Origin: an uncultured Fibrobacterota bacterium
GTDB taxonomy: Bacteria; Fibrobacterota; CAYVZU01
DNA length: 64,000 nt
NCBI GenBank assembly: GCA_964455935.1
Contig: CAYVZU010000006.1
Coordinates: forward strand, 1,505-65,504
Direction of reading: 5' to 3'
Under the pieces are notes generated by a model. The model made no database searches. It was given only the letters and a program-made list of their open reading frames with translations, and had not been told where the DNA came from. Position 1 is the first letter of the stretch. The number at the start of each line of letters is the position of its first letter. Positions 35,884 to 45,441 of this stretch are shown piece by piece. Both the position numbers and the translations under genes were made by a program.

Positions 35884-35921
35884 CCGGTTGGTGGTTTTAA
35901 AACCGGACCAATTTTATTTCT
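35884..35921 (+). terminator. Possible terminator after the mannosidase gene
   Basis: CCGGTT-N11-AACCGG, followed by ACCAATTTTATTTCT. Confidence 0.35.
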
Positions 35922-36525
35922 GAGGTTTGGTCCGCCCATTCCTGGACCAGCGCGCGAAGCCGGACGGCCTCACGATGAATGGCCGAAATGCCGGTCCTTT
36001 CGGGTACCATGCAATAATCGGCGAGCGCTTTGTAAAAGAGGGATATCCTCCTTGGCTGGCTGGCGATATCAGTCCCTCTCCGGGTTTTTGATTCGATACA
36101 GAGTATCTGCGATCCGTTGCGCATTCGGAGCAGAAAGCTGTTTCAGAAAGGGTATAACTGCGGTTTCGCTCCCAAGCATCACAACCGCTTCCATTCCTGT
36201 TTTGGGATGCAGGCGTACCAAGTCGCTTCCGTGAAACGGCATGCAAATTCCCCCGAACCTTGCCTTCCTGCAGGTCGCAGTCAATGCTGCCTTGCGGAAA
36301 AAGAATCGCCATAGGTGGAGTGAAATGAAAAAGCTCATTGTTGAGCTTGTAGCGCGGCCCGCCCACGAGGTAGACCGACAGGAACGCGGCCGAGATTGGT
36401 ATGGAGGCTGTTTCGACCCGCACCATATCGGTTTGGTCTTCGTGACGGCAATGATATCGGGAAATTGGGACGAAATCAAGCAATTGTCCGTGCGTGCGCC
36501 GGGCCCATGCGCCAGCATGGGCCAA
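35897..36525 (-). pseudogene. Possible decayed AraC-type regulator (cupin arm domain only, at least 2 frameshifts, no HTH)
   Basis: Three overlapping minus-strand frames each carry a plausible segment: HCRHEDQTDMVRVE..YLVGGPRYKLNNELFHFTPPMAILFPQGS, then FHGSDLVRLHPKTGMEAVVMLG..IADTLYRIKNPE, then RRISLFYKALADYC. No single frame is intact. Confidence 0.3.
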
Positions 36526-36656
36526 AAGCTAAGGAAAATTCATATCTTCGTAGACATATCATCTTGTTACCGGAAAAATAATATGGCATATTTTAGACGA
36601 TTCTGAATACCTGTTCAAAGTATTAGTTGCAGGCTCACCCCATCAAGGTAAAATCC

Positions 36657-37064
36657 ATGCCCAATATTGAGAGCTTGACAGTTGAAAAGTGCAAAGGGTT
36701 GGACCCTCGCATGTTCGCCGTGAATCACGGAGCCGGCGAAAAATTGCCCGCTGCGATTGCGGCCATGCTCGACCCCGTGAACAAGGACGCCATTCATTAT
36801 TACGACAAGGACAAAACCGTGATGCCGGAATTGCACTACCATAAGTGCGATGAATACTGGATGTGGACCAAAGGAAGAACCAGGCTCACCCTGCGTCTTC
36901 CGGACGGACGCAGCGACACCTTCGAAATCGGCCCCGGCTGGGTGGCATACCTGGTGCGAGGCCTTGAACATAGGCATGAGCCGCTGGAAGACTGGGCTTG
37001 TTACGAATTTCAAAGCGAATATCGCGAAGGATGCAGTGGGATTCATCTCCATAGAAACCCATAA
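36657..37064 (+). CDS. Cupin-domain protein (metal-binding type)
   Basis: HYHKCDEYWMWTKGRTRL (HxHxxxE) and GPGWVAYLVRGLEHRH. ATG 36657. Confidence 0.7.
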   Translation: MPNIESLTVEKCKGLDPRMFAVNHGAGEKLPAAIAAMLDPVNKDAIHYYDKDKTVMPELHYHKCDEYWMWTKGRTRLTLRLPDGRSDTFEIGPGWVAYLVRGLEHRHEPLEDWACYEFQSEYREGCSGIHLHRNP

Positions 37065-37080
37065 CAGGAAGGAGTCTACA

Positions 37081-38454
37081 ATGGCGACATTTGGAAAGGC
37101 TGAGATTCGGAACCTGACGAAGGCGGTTGAAAGCGGGTGGTTCTGCGATAAGCGCGGCGGATTCATGGACCAGTTCCGCTCCGACTTCGCGCGTGATCTT
37201 GAGGCGAAACATGCAGTTACCGGCGCCACCGCCATGCTTCTTATGCAGGCCATCCCCGGGGCCCTCGGCATCGGTGCCGGAGATGAAATCATCGTTGATA
37301 CGGTTGTGCAGTTCCACGCGATTGCGTGTCTCCACAACAATATTGTCCCGGTATGGGCCGATATTCGCCCGGACAATTTTCTCATGGACCCGGCGTCCGT
37401 TGAGAAAAAGGTCACCAAGCGCACAAAGGCGATCTGGGTCACTCATCTTTGGGGCTTCCCCGCCGAAGTCGACAAGCTGCGCAAGATCGCCGACAAGCAT
37501 GGAATCTATCTGCTCGAAGATTGCGCGCACGCCCTGTTCGCGAAATACAAAGGCAAATTTCTGGGCAACTGGGGACATGTCGGCACGTATTCCTTCAATA
37601 TGGGAAAGCAGTTGCCCACCGGTGAAGGCGGAATGGCAATTACCAGCGATGACAAGATCGCATTCGAGCTCAACCGCAGAATCATTTTCGGTGAGAGCCC
37701 GGAAGTGCTGTCGTCCAATTATCGCATGACGGAATTGCAGGCCGCGATCGGTGTGGAACAGCTCAAGAAGGTGCCGGGCTACCTCAAAACATTCACCGAA
37801 GGAAAAAAGATCCTCGATGCCGCAGTAGCGGGCTGTTCGTGGATCGACGAGCGCAAAGCGATTTCGGGAAGCACGGTGGCACCTTATATCTGGTCGTCCA
37901 TTTTCCGCGGCGAACGAAAAAACATCGACTACGGTGTTTTCAAGGCGGCCATGAAACAGGTCAATGGCGTGTTTGGATTCGGATTCACGCAGCGACCGGG
38001 ATATATGTACAACATTTTCCGAAACCCCAATGCCTATGGCGATAAAGGGTGCCCTTACAATTGCCATTTATACAAAGGCAATGTGGACTGGAAGGCCGGC
38101 ATGTGCCCCGTTTCGGAAGATGTGATTCCCCGGCTCATCAATACCAACAACATGCTTCACGACCTCAAGAAGATGAGGGAGAAGGCGAAACACCTGAAAG
38201 AAGCCATCAACCTGGCCGAAAGCGGCAACGTGAAGCCCCTGGAATACAGCGAGATCGAAAAGAAAATCCTAAAGACGGTCAAGGAACATGGGCAATTGGA
38301 GCCGATCGAAGTGATCTCCATATTCGATAAAAAGGGATGGGGTCATTTCGACGAGCACGGTATGTTCGCCATGATGGAAGGCCTGCGCGAACGCTTCCCG
38401 CTAAAACTGTCGCATGCCGGACCGCGGAAGTTCTCATTTCATGAATTGTCATGA
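37081..38454 (+). CDS. DegT/DnrJ/EryC1/StrS-family PLP aminotransferase with roughly 80-aa C-terminal extension
   Basis: AVTGATAMLLMQAI..GDEIIVDT..AIWVTHLWGFPA..LLEDCAHA..YSFNMGKQLPTGEGGMAIT (PLP Lys). SD AGGAAGGAG. Confidence 0.85.
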   Translation: MATFGKAEIRNLTKAVESGWFCDKRGGFMDQFRSDFARDLEAKHAVTGATAMLLMQAIPGALGIGAGDEIIVDTVVQFHAIACLHNNIVPVWADIRPDNFLMDPASVEKKVTKRTKAIWVTHLWGFPAEVDKLRKIADKHGIYLLEDCAHALFAKYKGKFLGNWGHVGTYSFNMGKQLPTGEGGMAITSDDKIAFELNRRIIFGESPEVLSSNYRMTELQAAIGVEQLKKVPGYLKTFTEGKKILDAAVAGCSWIDERKAISGSTVAPYIWSSIFRGERKNIDYGVFKAAMKQVNGVFGFGFTQRPGYMYNIFRNPNAYGDKGCPYNCHLYKGNVDWKAGMCPVSEDVIPRLINTNNMLHDLKKMREKAKHLKEAINLAESGNVKPLEYSEIEKKILKTVKEHGQLEPIEVISIFDKKGWGHFDEHGMFAMMEGLRERFPLKLSHAGPRKFSFHELS

Positions 38455-38471
38455 AAATGTTTACATGACAA
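38446..38471 (+). other. Hairpin overlapping the aminotransferase stop codon
   Basis: TTGTCATG-N10-CATGACAA (8-bp stem). The stop TGA is at 38452-38454. Confidence 0.5.
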
Positions 38472-38492
38472 AGGATTGCTTTGTCGAGCTGG

Positions 38493-38575
38493 GATGTCAT
38501 TTCCATCGCATGCGAGAAATCTTCCATGGTATGGGCGCAAGGATTTCTCCTCGATGGCACGTCGAAAATGACATC
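38493..38575 (+). repeat. Inverted-repeat element, copy 1 (nested 10+6+8-bp stems)
   Basis: GATGTCATTT/AAATGACATC (38493-502 / 38566-75), CCATCG/CGATGG (38503-08 / 38552-57), GAGAAATC/GATTTCTC (38514-21 / 38542-49). It shares TGTCATTTC, GAGAAATC and AAATGACATC with copy 2. Confidence 0.6.
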
Positions 38576-38691
38576 AAAAATTTGGGTCTCAATTACGATT
38601 GCGCCAACGCGCGTTTTTGCACCGGCAAGGATCCGGTTGAAGACCTGGAATCCAATGCGAAACACGCGGCAATGGATTTGGCGCAAAGTTG

Positions 38692-38721
38692 GCCCCCTCC
38701 CGGTTTCTTCCCCGAGGGGGC
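38692..38721 (+). other. Hairpin just upstream of the oxidoreductase gene
   Basis: GCCCCCTC-N14-GAGGGGGC. It ends 28 nt before ATG 38749. Confidence 0.45.
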
Positions 38722-38748
38722 AAAGACCTTAACTTCAAAGAGACAAAT

Positions 38749-39825
38749 ATGAAAAATGGAAGAATCGGCCTTGGCGTAATCGGCATGGGTCGAAGCAATA
38801 TGGCTTCGACCCTGACTCTTTTGGAAAAAGAACCCGGCCTGTGCTTCGAAATTCGCTCGGTTTGCGCGCTTCCCGCGGCGGACATCGAGGAAACGGCGCG
38901 CCAGTTTGGAATTCCCCACTGGACTGTCGATTACCGGGAGCTTGTGGCACGAAGCGATGTTGACGTCGTCTGCGTCTTCTCGCCCGACCACCTGCACGCG
39001 GAGCATTGTATTGCCGCCCTGGACGCCGGCAAGCACGTGGTGTGCACGAAGCCCATGGTTACGAAAATCGAGGACGCCGCACGGCTTGTTCGGCTTGTAA
39101 AGGAAAAGAAAGTCAAGTTCCTCGTAGGCCAAACCATGCGATTCGACAGGCAGTTCCTGGCGGCCAAACAACTTCATGATGATGGCGATCTTGGTGAATT
39201 GATTGCCCTTGAAAGCTATTACGTGCATGACATGCGGCCCGTTTTTCAGTCCACGCCATGGCGGCTGAAAGTGCCGCAGGACCTGATGTTTGGCGGGTGC
39301 GTACACTCGATTGACGTGATTCGCGCCTTTGGCGGAGACATCGAATCCATTCATGCGTTCGCGCAAAATGGCAATCTCACGAAGGAATATCCTATTCCCG
39401 ACAATTTCTTCGTCAACATCAAATTCAAATCCGGCGCAATCGGTCGGGTATCGGGTCTCTATGGGATCGTCCACCCCCCTACCCCAATGATGCAGTTTGG
39501 ACTTTACGGCACCAGGGGCAGCCTCCAGTCGGAATTCACGGATAACGAGCCTGGTCAAGTACGGGTGGTCCTGGACAAGCTTCCCGGCCATAAATCCATG
39601 GTCATGAATTTCGAAAAGGAAGCGGATCTAAGTTGCTATGGACATGGGGCGACTGTAATTCGCTACATGCGTCATTTTCAGGAATGTCTGGACAATGACA
39701 AGGATCCTTCGCCCGGCGTATTGGACGGGGCCAAATCCGTTGCCGCCGGAGTGGCGGCATGGGAATCGATCAGGACCGGTAAGGTCGTGGAAATTCGCGG
39801 CAATCTGGATCCGTTTCCGGGGTAA
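38749..39825 (+). CDS. Gfo/Idh/MocA-family NAD(P) oxidoreductase
   Basis: RIGLGVIGMGR, VDVVCVFSPDHLHAEH and AGKHVVCTKPM. Confidence 0.85.
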   Translation: MKNGRIGLGVIGMGRSNMASTLTLLEKEPGLCFEIRSVCALPAADIEETARQFGIPHWTVDYRELVARSDVDVVCVFSPDHLHAEHCIAALDAGKHVVCTKPMVTKIEDAARLVRLVKEKKVKFLVGQTMRFDRQFLAAKQLHDDGDLGELIALESYYVHDMRPVFQSTPWRLKVPQDLMFGGCVHSIDVIRAFGGDIESIHAFAQNGNLTKEYPIPDNFFVNIKFKSGAIGRVSGLYGIVHPPTPMMQFGLYGTRGSLQSEFTDNEPGQVRVVLDKLPGHKSMVMNFEKEADLSCYGHGATVIRYMRHFQECLDNDKDPSPGVLDGAKSVAAGVAAWESIRTGKVVEIRGNLDPFPG

Positions 39826-39830
39826 ACCGA

Positions 39831-41591
39831 ATGACAACCAAAGCATCCCTTTGGACCGTGGTTCGCGCAATTTGGCAGCACTCTGGCAAATCGCGCAGAT
39901 TGATACCGCTTCAGTTCGTCATTCTTACCATTGACGCCATGATGCAATCCCTTGTCCCGGCTGTTCTGGGTTATGTCGTCAATCAATTGCTTAAAGACCC
40001 GCAGCAATTCGTCAGTGAGCAGCTGCTCTGGCTTTCCGGAGCCGCAATTCTCGCCGCAGCGGTGTTTTACGCCATCGCGGTGACGCAGCACTATCTGGGA
40101 CAGAAGATCGGGGCCCTGGCCCTGATCGGCGTTCAATCGGAACTGTACCGGCATCTGCAGCGGCTTGGCGCCGATTTTTATCAGCGAACGCACGTGGGCG
40201 AAGTTACACAACGCCTTACCGCCGATACAAGCCGGGGCGTACAGGAATTGTACGGGCTGCTGATTATGCTGTATTGGAGCTCGGTCCTTCTGCTTTCGTC
40301 CATCGTGATCATGGCCCGTCTGAATCTGAAAATGCTGGCCGTCTTTCTTTCGATCCTGGCGTGTTTGTTTGCAACTTCCCGTTTCGTATTGCCGATACTG
40401 CGCCGCCTTCATCGCGAGGCCCAGGACGAAATGGGCCGTATCAATGCACGAATGACCGAGGACATCGCCTCGATCAGCCTGATTCAAGCGTATGCAAGGG
40501 AAGCGTCAACCTTTGAGAACGTAACACAATTATGGCATTCGTTCCTCCACAAGACGCTGCGCAGCAGGCTTGTGGGTGTTTTCTACAGCGATATTATCAA
40601 TACCTTCATGACCTTTCTTGGCCCCATGGCCATGCTCTTCCTGGGTTCGCTTCTGATCAGCGATACGTTTAGCGTCGCCACATTGGTTGCGTTTTATGCG
40701 TATTGGCGCAGCTCTGCATGGCCGGCGTCGAGTCTGGTTCAAACACTGGCCCAGCTTTTTGCCTCCCTGGCGAGTTTCGATCGCATCATGGAGTTTTTCA
40801 ACGAAAGCCCGACCGTTCAGGATCGGCCGGACGCGCGTGAGGCTGTGCTCAAAGGCACAGTCGAGTTCGATCACGTTTGGTTCCGCTATCCCTTGGGGAA
40901 CAACGAGTACGTGATTCGGGATCTTTCGTTTCGCGTGAATCAGGACCAGAGCTTGGCCATTGTCGGCGAAAGCGGGGCCGGTAAATCCACGATTCTTCAG
41001 ATGCTCTTGCGTTTTTATACCCCTCAGCAGGGCGAGATCCGGGTGGACGGCCAAAACGTTCTCGATCTGAAACTGGCCAGCCTTCGGGAGCAGGTTGGCG
41101 TTGTCATGCAGGAGACAATCATTCTGAGCGGAACGATTCGTCACAATATGCTGCTGGCCAAACCCGATGCCGGCGATCCCGAAATTATCGCCGCCCTTGA
41201 CGCGGCGGAAGCCTGGACCTTCATCAAGGAGATGCCGGACAAGCTCGACACAATCCTGGGTGAACGCGGCACAAGGCTTTCCGGAGGCCAAAAGCAGCGG
41301 CTTGCCATTGCCCGTGTTCTGCTTAAAAACCCTCCCATCGTTGTCCTGGACGAGGCCACATCCTCGCTGGACAGTGTGACCGAGAAGAGGATTCAGGATA
41401 CTATGAAACGGCTGTTCCGGGACCGCACCTCCATTGTCGTGGCGCACCGGCTTTCTACGGTCATCGACAGCAGTCAGATTCTCTTTCTTGAAAAAGGACA
41501 GGTACTCGCGGTCGATAGCCACGCCGAACTCGTGGAGACCTGTCCGGCATACCGGGAGCTTTGCCTTAAACAGCAGTTGGTGGCTGCGTAG
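39831..41591 (+). CDS. ABC exporter, fused permease/ATPase (MsbA-like half transporter)
   Basis: Six-TM N-terminal half. GESGAGKST, LSGGQKQRLAIAR and VVLDEATSSLD. Confidence 0.9.
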   Translation: MTTKASLWTVVRAIWQHSGKSRRLIPLQFVILTIDAMMQSLVPAVLGYVVNQLLKDPQQFVSEQLLWLSGAAILAAAVFYAIAVTQHYLGQKIGALALIGVQSELYRHLQRLGADFYQRTHVGEVTQRLTADTSRGVQELYGLLIMLYWSSVLLLSSIVIMARLNLKMLAVFLSILACLFATSRFVLPILRRLHREAQDEMGRINARMTEDIASISLIQAYAREASTFENVTQLWHSFLHKTLRSRLVGVFYSDIINTFMTFLGPMAMLFLGSLLISDTFSVATLVAFYAYWRSSAWPASSLVQTLAQLFASLASFDRIMEFFNESPTVQDRPDAREAVLKGTVEFDHVWFRYPLGNNEYVIRDLSFRVNQDQSLAIVGESGAGKSTILQMLLRFYTPQQGEIRVDGQNVLDLKLASLREQVGVVMQETIILSGTIRHNMLLAKPDAGDPEIIAALDAAEAWTFIKEMPDKLDTILGERGTRLSGGQKQRLAIARVLLKNPPIVVLDEATSSLDSVTEKRIQDTMKRLFRDRTSIVVAHRLSTVIDSSQILFLEKGQVLAVDSHAELVETCPAYRELCLKQQLVAA

Positions 41592-41668
41592 GGAAATCGA
41601 AAAGACGCCTGGTAACGGATTCGCGCATTCGTCAAGGCAACGCTCCGCCCGTTGGAGGAACGCTACTC

Positions 41669-43021
41669 ATGAAATGTACTCCCCGACAGGAAAGGTTGAT
41701 CAAGCTCACCTTTCTGGATTATCAGCAGAATTCGGAGTTTTTAAAGGCGCCTCTTATCCTTAACAAGGCCGAGGGCCTGTATTATTGGGATGCGGAAGGC
41801 AAACGCTATTTCGATGCCATTGGCGGGGTTTTCGTGGCCGTTCTTGGGCACCGTCATCCACGCCTGATGGAAGCAATGCGCCAGCAGATGGAAAAAATCA
41901 CCTTCACGCCTCCCCTTCACGGGATTTCGGATGTCGCCCTGGACTTCATCGAGAAGCTCGGCTCGATCACACCCGGCAATCTCAACTACATCAAGCCCTA
42001 CAGCGGCGGATCGGAGTCGACCGAGTCGGCCATGAAGTTTGTGCGCCAGTACTTCAAACAAACGGGGCATCCAAACAAATACAAATTCGTGAGTTGCTAT
42101 CACGGCTATCATGGGGCCACGTTCGGCGCCATGGCAGCCAGCGGAACCGGCAAACGAAAATCGAAATTCGAACCCCAAATGGGTGGTTTTGTCAAAACCT
42201 TTATGCCCCAACACTATCGTGACCATTTTCCATCGTGGGAACAGGCCAATCGCTTCGCCGCACAAATGATTGAAGATGCGATCATCGCCGAGGACCCCGA
42301 TACCGTGGCGGGGATCATTATTGAGCCCATCTCCAACACGGGAGGGATTGCCACTCCCACTGACGAGTTCTTCCGCCTGTTGCGAGCCGGTTGCGACCGC
42401 CTCAATGTAATGCTTGTATTCGACGAGGTCATTACGGGTTTTGCGCGCACCGGCAACATGTTTGCCGCGCAGACATTTGGCACCACGCCCGATATTATCT
42501 GCGCGGGTAAGGGGCTTTCCAGCGGCGCCATTCCATTGGGAGCCATGATGGCGCGGGACGACATGGGCGACGCGTTTTTTGGGCCCGAGCAGGACGAGGT
42601 GCAATTCGCGCACGGCCACACCTTTGCGGGAAACCCTCTGGCAAGCGCCGTGGGGATTGCCGTGATCGACGAAATCCGGGAAAAGAACCTCGACAAGAAA
42701 GCCCAGGCCCTAGGCCAATATTTATCGGACAAGCTGAAAGGCTTGAAAAAATACGGCGTGGTGCGCGAAATTCGCGGCAAAGGCATGATCCGCGGTGTCG
42801 AACTCGTGAAGGACACCCAATCAATGGAGCCCTATAACGAGCTGGGGCTCGCGCTTAAAAAGACGAGTCTCAAGAACGGTCTTATCATGCGCGTCAACCC
42901 CAATTGGTTTGCGGTGGCGCCGGCCCTTATTTCAGAGAAATCCGATATTGACGAAATGACGGAGCTGATTGAGAAAAGCTTGAAGGATGCATTGGCGGCT
43001 ATGAAGGGGACGAAATTATGA
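41669..43021 (+). CDS. Class-III (omega) PLP aminotransferase
   Basis: YFDAIGGVFVAVLGHRHP, YHGYHGAT and VFDEVITGFARTG. 450 aa. Confidence 0.9.
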   Translation: MKCTPRQERLIKLTFLDYQQNSEFLKAPLILNKAEGLYYWDAEGKRYFDAIGGVFVAVLGHRHPRLMEAMRQQMEKITFTPPLHGISDVALDFIEKLGSITPGNLNYIKPYSGGSESTESAMKFVRQYFKQTGHPNKYKFVSCYHGYHGATFGAMAASGTGKRKSKFEPQMGGFVKTFMPQHYRDHFPSWEQANRFAAQMIEDAIIAEDPDTVAGIIIEPISNTGGIATPTDEFFRLLRAGCDRLNVMLVFDEVITGFARTGNMFAAQTFGTTPDIICAGKGLSSGAIPLGAMMARDDMGDAFFGPEQDEVQFAHGHTFAGNPLASAVGIAVIDEIREKNLDKKAQALGQYLSDKLKGLKKYGVVREIRGKGMIRGVELVKDTQSMEPYNELGLALKKTSLKNGLIMRVNPNWFAVAPALISEKSDIDEMTELIEKSLKDALAAMKGTKL

Positions 43022-43197
43022 TTCGGGTTAGGACCTGGAGGTTGAAACCAGAACGTTAAAGACCGCTTTTGAGAAAGAGGGGCTTGTCAAGCTCCAAAGC
43101 AAGACGGCGGATTGGCCTGGAGAATCAATGTTTTTCGCGGAAATTGGAAAACGCCCGTAAAGCGATACGCGGAAATGAGCGAAATGGACGCCCTGAA

Positions 43198-44238
43198 ATG
43201 AAAGCACTCGTAAAATTCGGTCAGAAGCCCGGCGAAGTGGAAATTCGCGATGTGCCGGAGCCGGCATGCGGGCCGGGTGCTGTTGTAATTGAGGTGAAAG
43301 CGGCATCGATATGCGGCTGGGATATTGAAATGTGGAAACACGCGATGGCCAACCCGGTGGCCGTGCCCGTGATTCAGGGCCATGAATTCTGCGGTGTGAT
43401 CAAGGAAACAGGGCCGGGCACGAACGGATGGAATACAGGCGATCGTGTTACCTGTGAAACATCGGCGGTCGTTTGCGGCAAATGCTTCTGGTGCCGCAAG
43501 GGTGATTATCAAATTTGCCCAAATCGCAAGGGGTTTGGGTACGGTGTGGACGGCGCATTCGCCAAATACGTAATCGCCCGACAGGAGATCCTGCACAGAA
43601 TCCCACCTTCCCTCTCGTTTGAAGAAGCGGCGCTGACCGAACCCTTTTGCGTGGTGCACCACGCGCTGGCCGACCGCATCCGTATTGCCCCTGGCGATGT
43701 GGTCGTGATTGTGGGACCAGGTCCCATTGGCCTGATTTCCCTTCAAATGGCAAGGCTGATGGGGGCCAGCGCCACCTTGCTTGTGGGCACAAGAAGCGAC
43801 CGCAGCCGTATGGCACTTGCGCAAGAACACGGCTGGGCCGATCGAATTGCTGAAGTCGAAAATGAAAATCCTGTGGAAGCAGCAATGCAAATGACCGCGG
43901 GCCGAGGCGCCGATGTGGTGGCCGACTGCGCTGGAAATTCCGCCGCCCTTCATACGGCGCTCGAAAGCGTGCGCCCCTATGGACAGGTTGTGAAAATCGG
44001 CTGGGGACCAAAACCCTACGACCGCAGCCTCGACACGCTGCTGCGAAAATCAGCCACGTTGTCAGGCACCTTTGGCCACAACTGGCACAACTGGGAAGCC
44101 ATATTGAAGATGTTCGAGGCGGGGCGGCTTGACCCCAAATCGCTGATTTCTGATGTGCTGCCGCTCCGCCGTTGGCTGGAAGCCTTTAAAAGGCTGGAAT
44201 CCGCCAAAGCCGTGAAGATTGTGTTAATACCGGAATAG
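43198..44238 (+). CDS. Zn-dependent medium-chain dehydrogenase (sorbitol/threonine-DH-like)
   Basis: ICGWDIEMW, QGHEFCGVI, CGKCFWCRKGDYQIC and VVIVGPGPIG. ATG 43198. Confidence 0.85.
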   Translation: MKALVKFGQKPGEVEIRDVPEPACGPGAVVIEVKAASICGWDIEMWKHAMANPVAVPVIQGHEFCGVIKETGPGTNGWNTGDRVTCETSAVVCGKCFWCRKGDYQICPNRKGFGYGVDGAFAKYVIARQEILHRIPPSLSFEEAALTEPFCVVHHALADRIRIAPGDVVVIVGPGPIGLISLQMARLMGASATLLVGTRSDRSRMALAQEHGWADRIAEVENENPVEAAMQMTAGRGADVVADCAGNSAALHTALESVRPYGQVVKIGWGPKPYDRSLDTLLRKSATLSGTFGHNWHNWEAILKMFEAGRLDPKSLISDVLPLRRWLEAFKRLESAKAVKIVLIPE

Positions 44239-44241
44239 CCC

Positions 44242-45441
44242 ATGAACAGCATAGTCACGAAGATCCGGCCCAAGAATATCGCGGAGAATTTGTGGAGGCT
44301 TGTCCTGGTGCCAAGCCCCACCGGGAACGAAAAAGCGGCCGCGATTCTGTATGGCAAACTCCTGCGGCAGGCTGGCGCGCGGGTTGAACTTATCGATACA
44401 ATCCCCCAAAGCCCCATTGTGGTTGGCAGACTAAAAGGCGATCGTCCGGGAAAGGTGATTCAGCTTGCTGGACACATCGACCACATTGCCGTTGATCACG
44501 CCCCGCCTTCCCGTAACCGGAGCATCATTTCAGGCCGCGGGAGCGCGGACATGAAGAATGGCCTGGCAGCCATCCTCGAGATCGTACGCGTTCTGAAAAG
44601 CACCGGAAGCAAGTTCCCCGGCGAAGTCCTTGTTACGGTATATGGGCGCCACGAAGCGCCCCTCGGTCAGTCGGAATGTCTCTTAGAGTTGATCCGTAAG
44701 AAGATCAAGGGAGATGCGGCAATTATCTTCGAAACAGGATTTGCGGCCGAGGGCAAAGCGGTCTTGGGCGGAAAAGGACAAAGCATTTGGAACATCACGA
44801 TTCGCAGAGCCGGGAAATCCTGCCATGAGCTGAGCTATCCAAAAAACGGTCCGGACCTGCTTTTGGGCGTTCAAAATGTTCTTGCGGGTCTTAAGCGGCG
44901 CAGCGATACCTTAAGGCAATCCAAGCAAACACGGCAGGAACACGAATCCCTTTTCATCGGCCAGATTCATTATGGTGATTTTTACAATCGAATGCCCCTG
45001 AGCTGCACAATCCAGGGTACCCGGCGCTGGCTCGCCAACAAGACCTTCTTGGACGTTCAGCACGAAATGGATGCCCTGCTCAAGAATCTCCGCCTTCCCA
45101 AAGACGTCTCGGCCGAGTGTGCGTGGACCTTCGTTGGAGAATCCTTCGACATGGACAAAACCGAACCCATTTTGTCGGCTCTCACAGCGGCCTATCGGGA
45201 CGTCATGGGTCGAAGGATGGCCTTCGGCCGGCTTGCCACCGTTGTCGATGCCAACAGATTGGTCCCGTTGGCCAATGTTCCCACGGCACTGATCGGTTTT
45301 GATACGCAATACGCTCACGCCGACCATGAATTTATACGTGTTAGAAAGCTGGAGAATCCATGTCGATTTGCGCTGCTTACCATACTAAACTACCTCGAAG
45401 CTAAAGCGGACCGCCCCTTGGCCTCCAAGAGGTCTGCATGA
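44242..45441 (+). CDS. M20-family metallopeptidase/deacylase (ArgE/DapE-like)
   Basis: SPTGNEKAAA, LAGHIDHIAV and GRGSADMKNG. It starts 3 nt after the previous gene. Confidence 0.8.
   Translation: MNSIVTKIRPKNIAENLWRLVLVPSPTGNEKAAAILYGKLLRQAGARVELIDTIPQSPIVVGRLKGDRPGKVIQLAGHIDHIAVDHAPPSRNRSIISGRGSADMKNGLAAILEIVRVLKSTGSKFPGEVLVTVYGRHEAPLGQSECLLELIRKKIKGDAAIIFETGFAAEGKAVLGGKGQSIWNITIRRAGKSCHELSYPKNGPDLLLGVQNVLAGLKRRSDTLRQSKQTRQEHESLFIGQIHYGDFYNRMPLSCTIQGTRRWLANKTFLDVQHEMDALLKNLRLPKDVSAECAWTFVGESFDMDKTEPILSALTAAYRDVMGRRMAFGRLATVVDANRLVPLANVPTALIGFDTQYAHADHEFIRVRKLENPCRFALLTILNYLEAKADRPLASKRSA

Noticed and set aside
38414-38752. 112-aa ORF (Cys/His-containing, MNCHENVYMTKDCFVELGCHFHRM...) filling the gap between the aminotransferase and oxidoreductase genes
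   Set aside because: - The sequence is better explained by five hairpins, including a 24-bp nested inverted repeat.
- There is no SD.
- The related element at 49429-49494 differs by indels that are not multiples of three, so no peptide is conserved between the copies.
43128-43139. ATGTTTTTCGCG, a 12-mer identical to the core of the slyD promoter-like site, in the 176-nt gap before the first Zn-ADH gene
   Set aside because: The -24 GG is replaced by TC (TCAATG versus GGCATG), so it is unlikely to be a functional -24/-12 promoter. It may be a decayed copy or coincidence.
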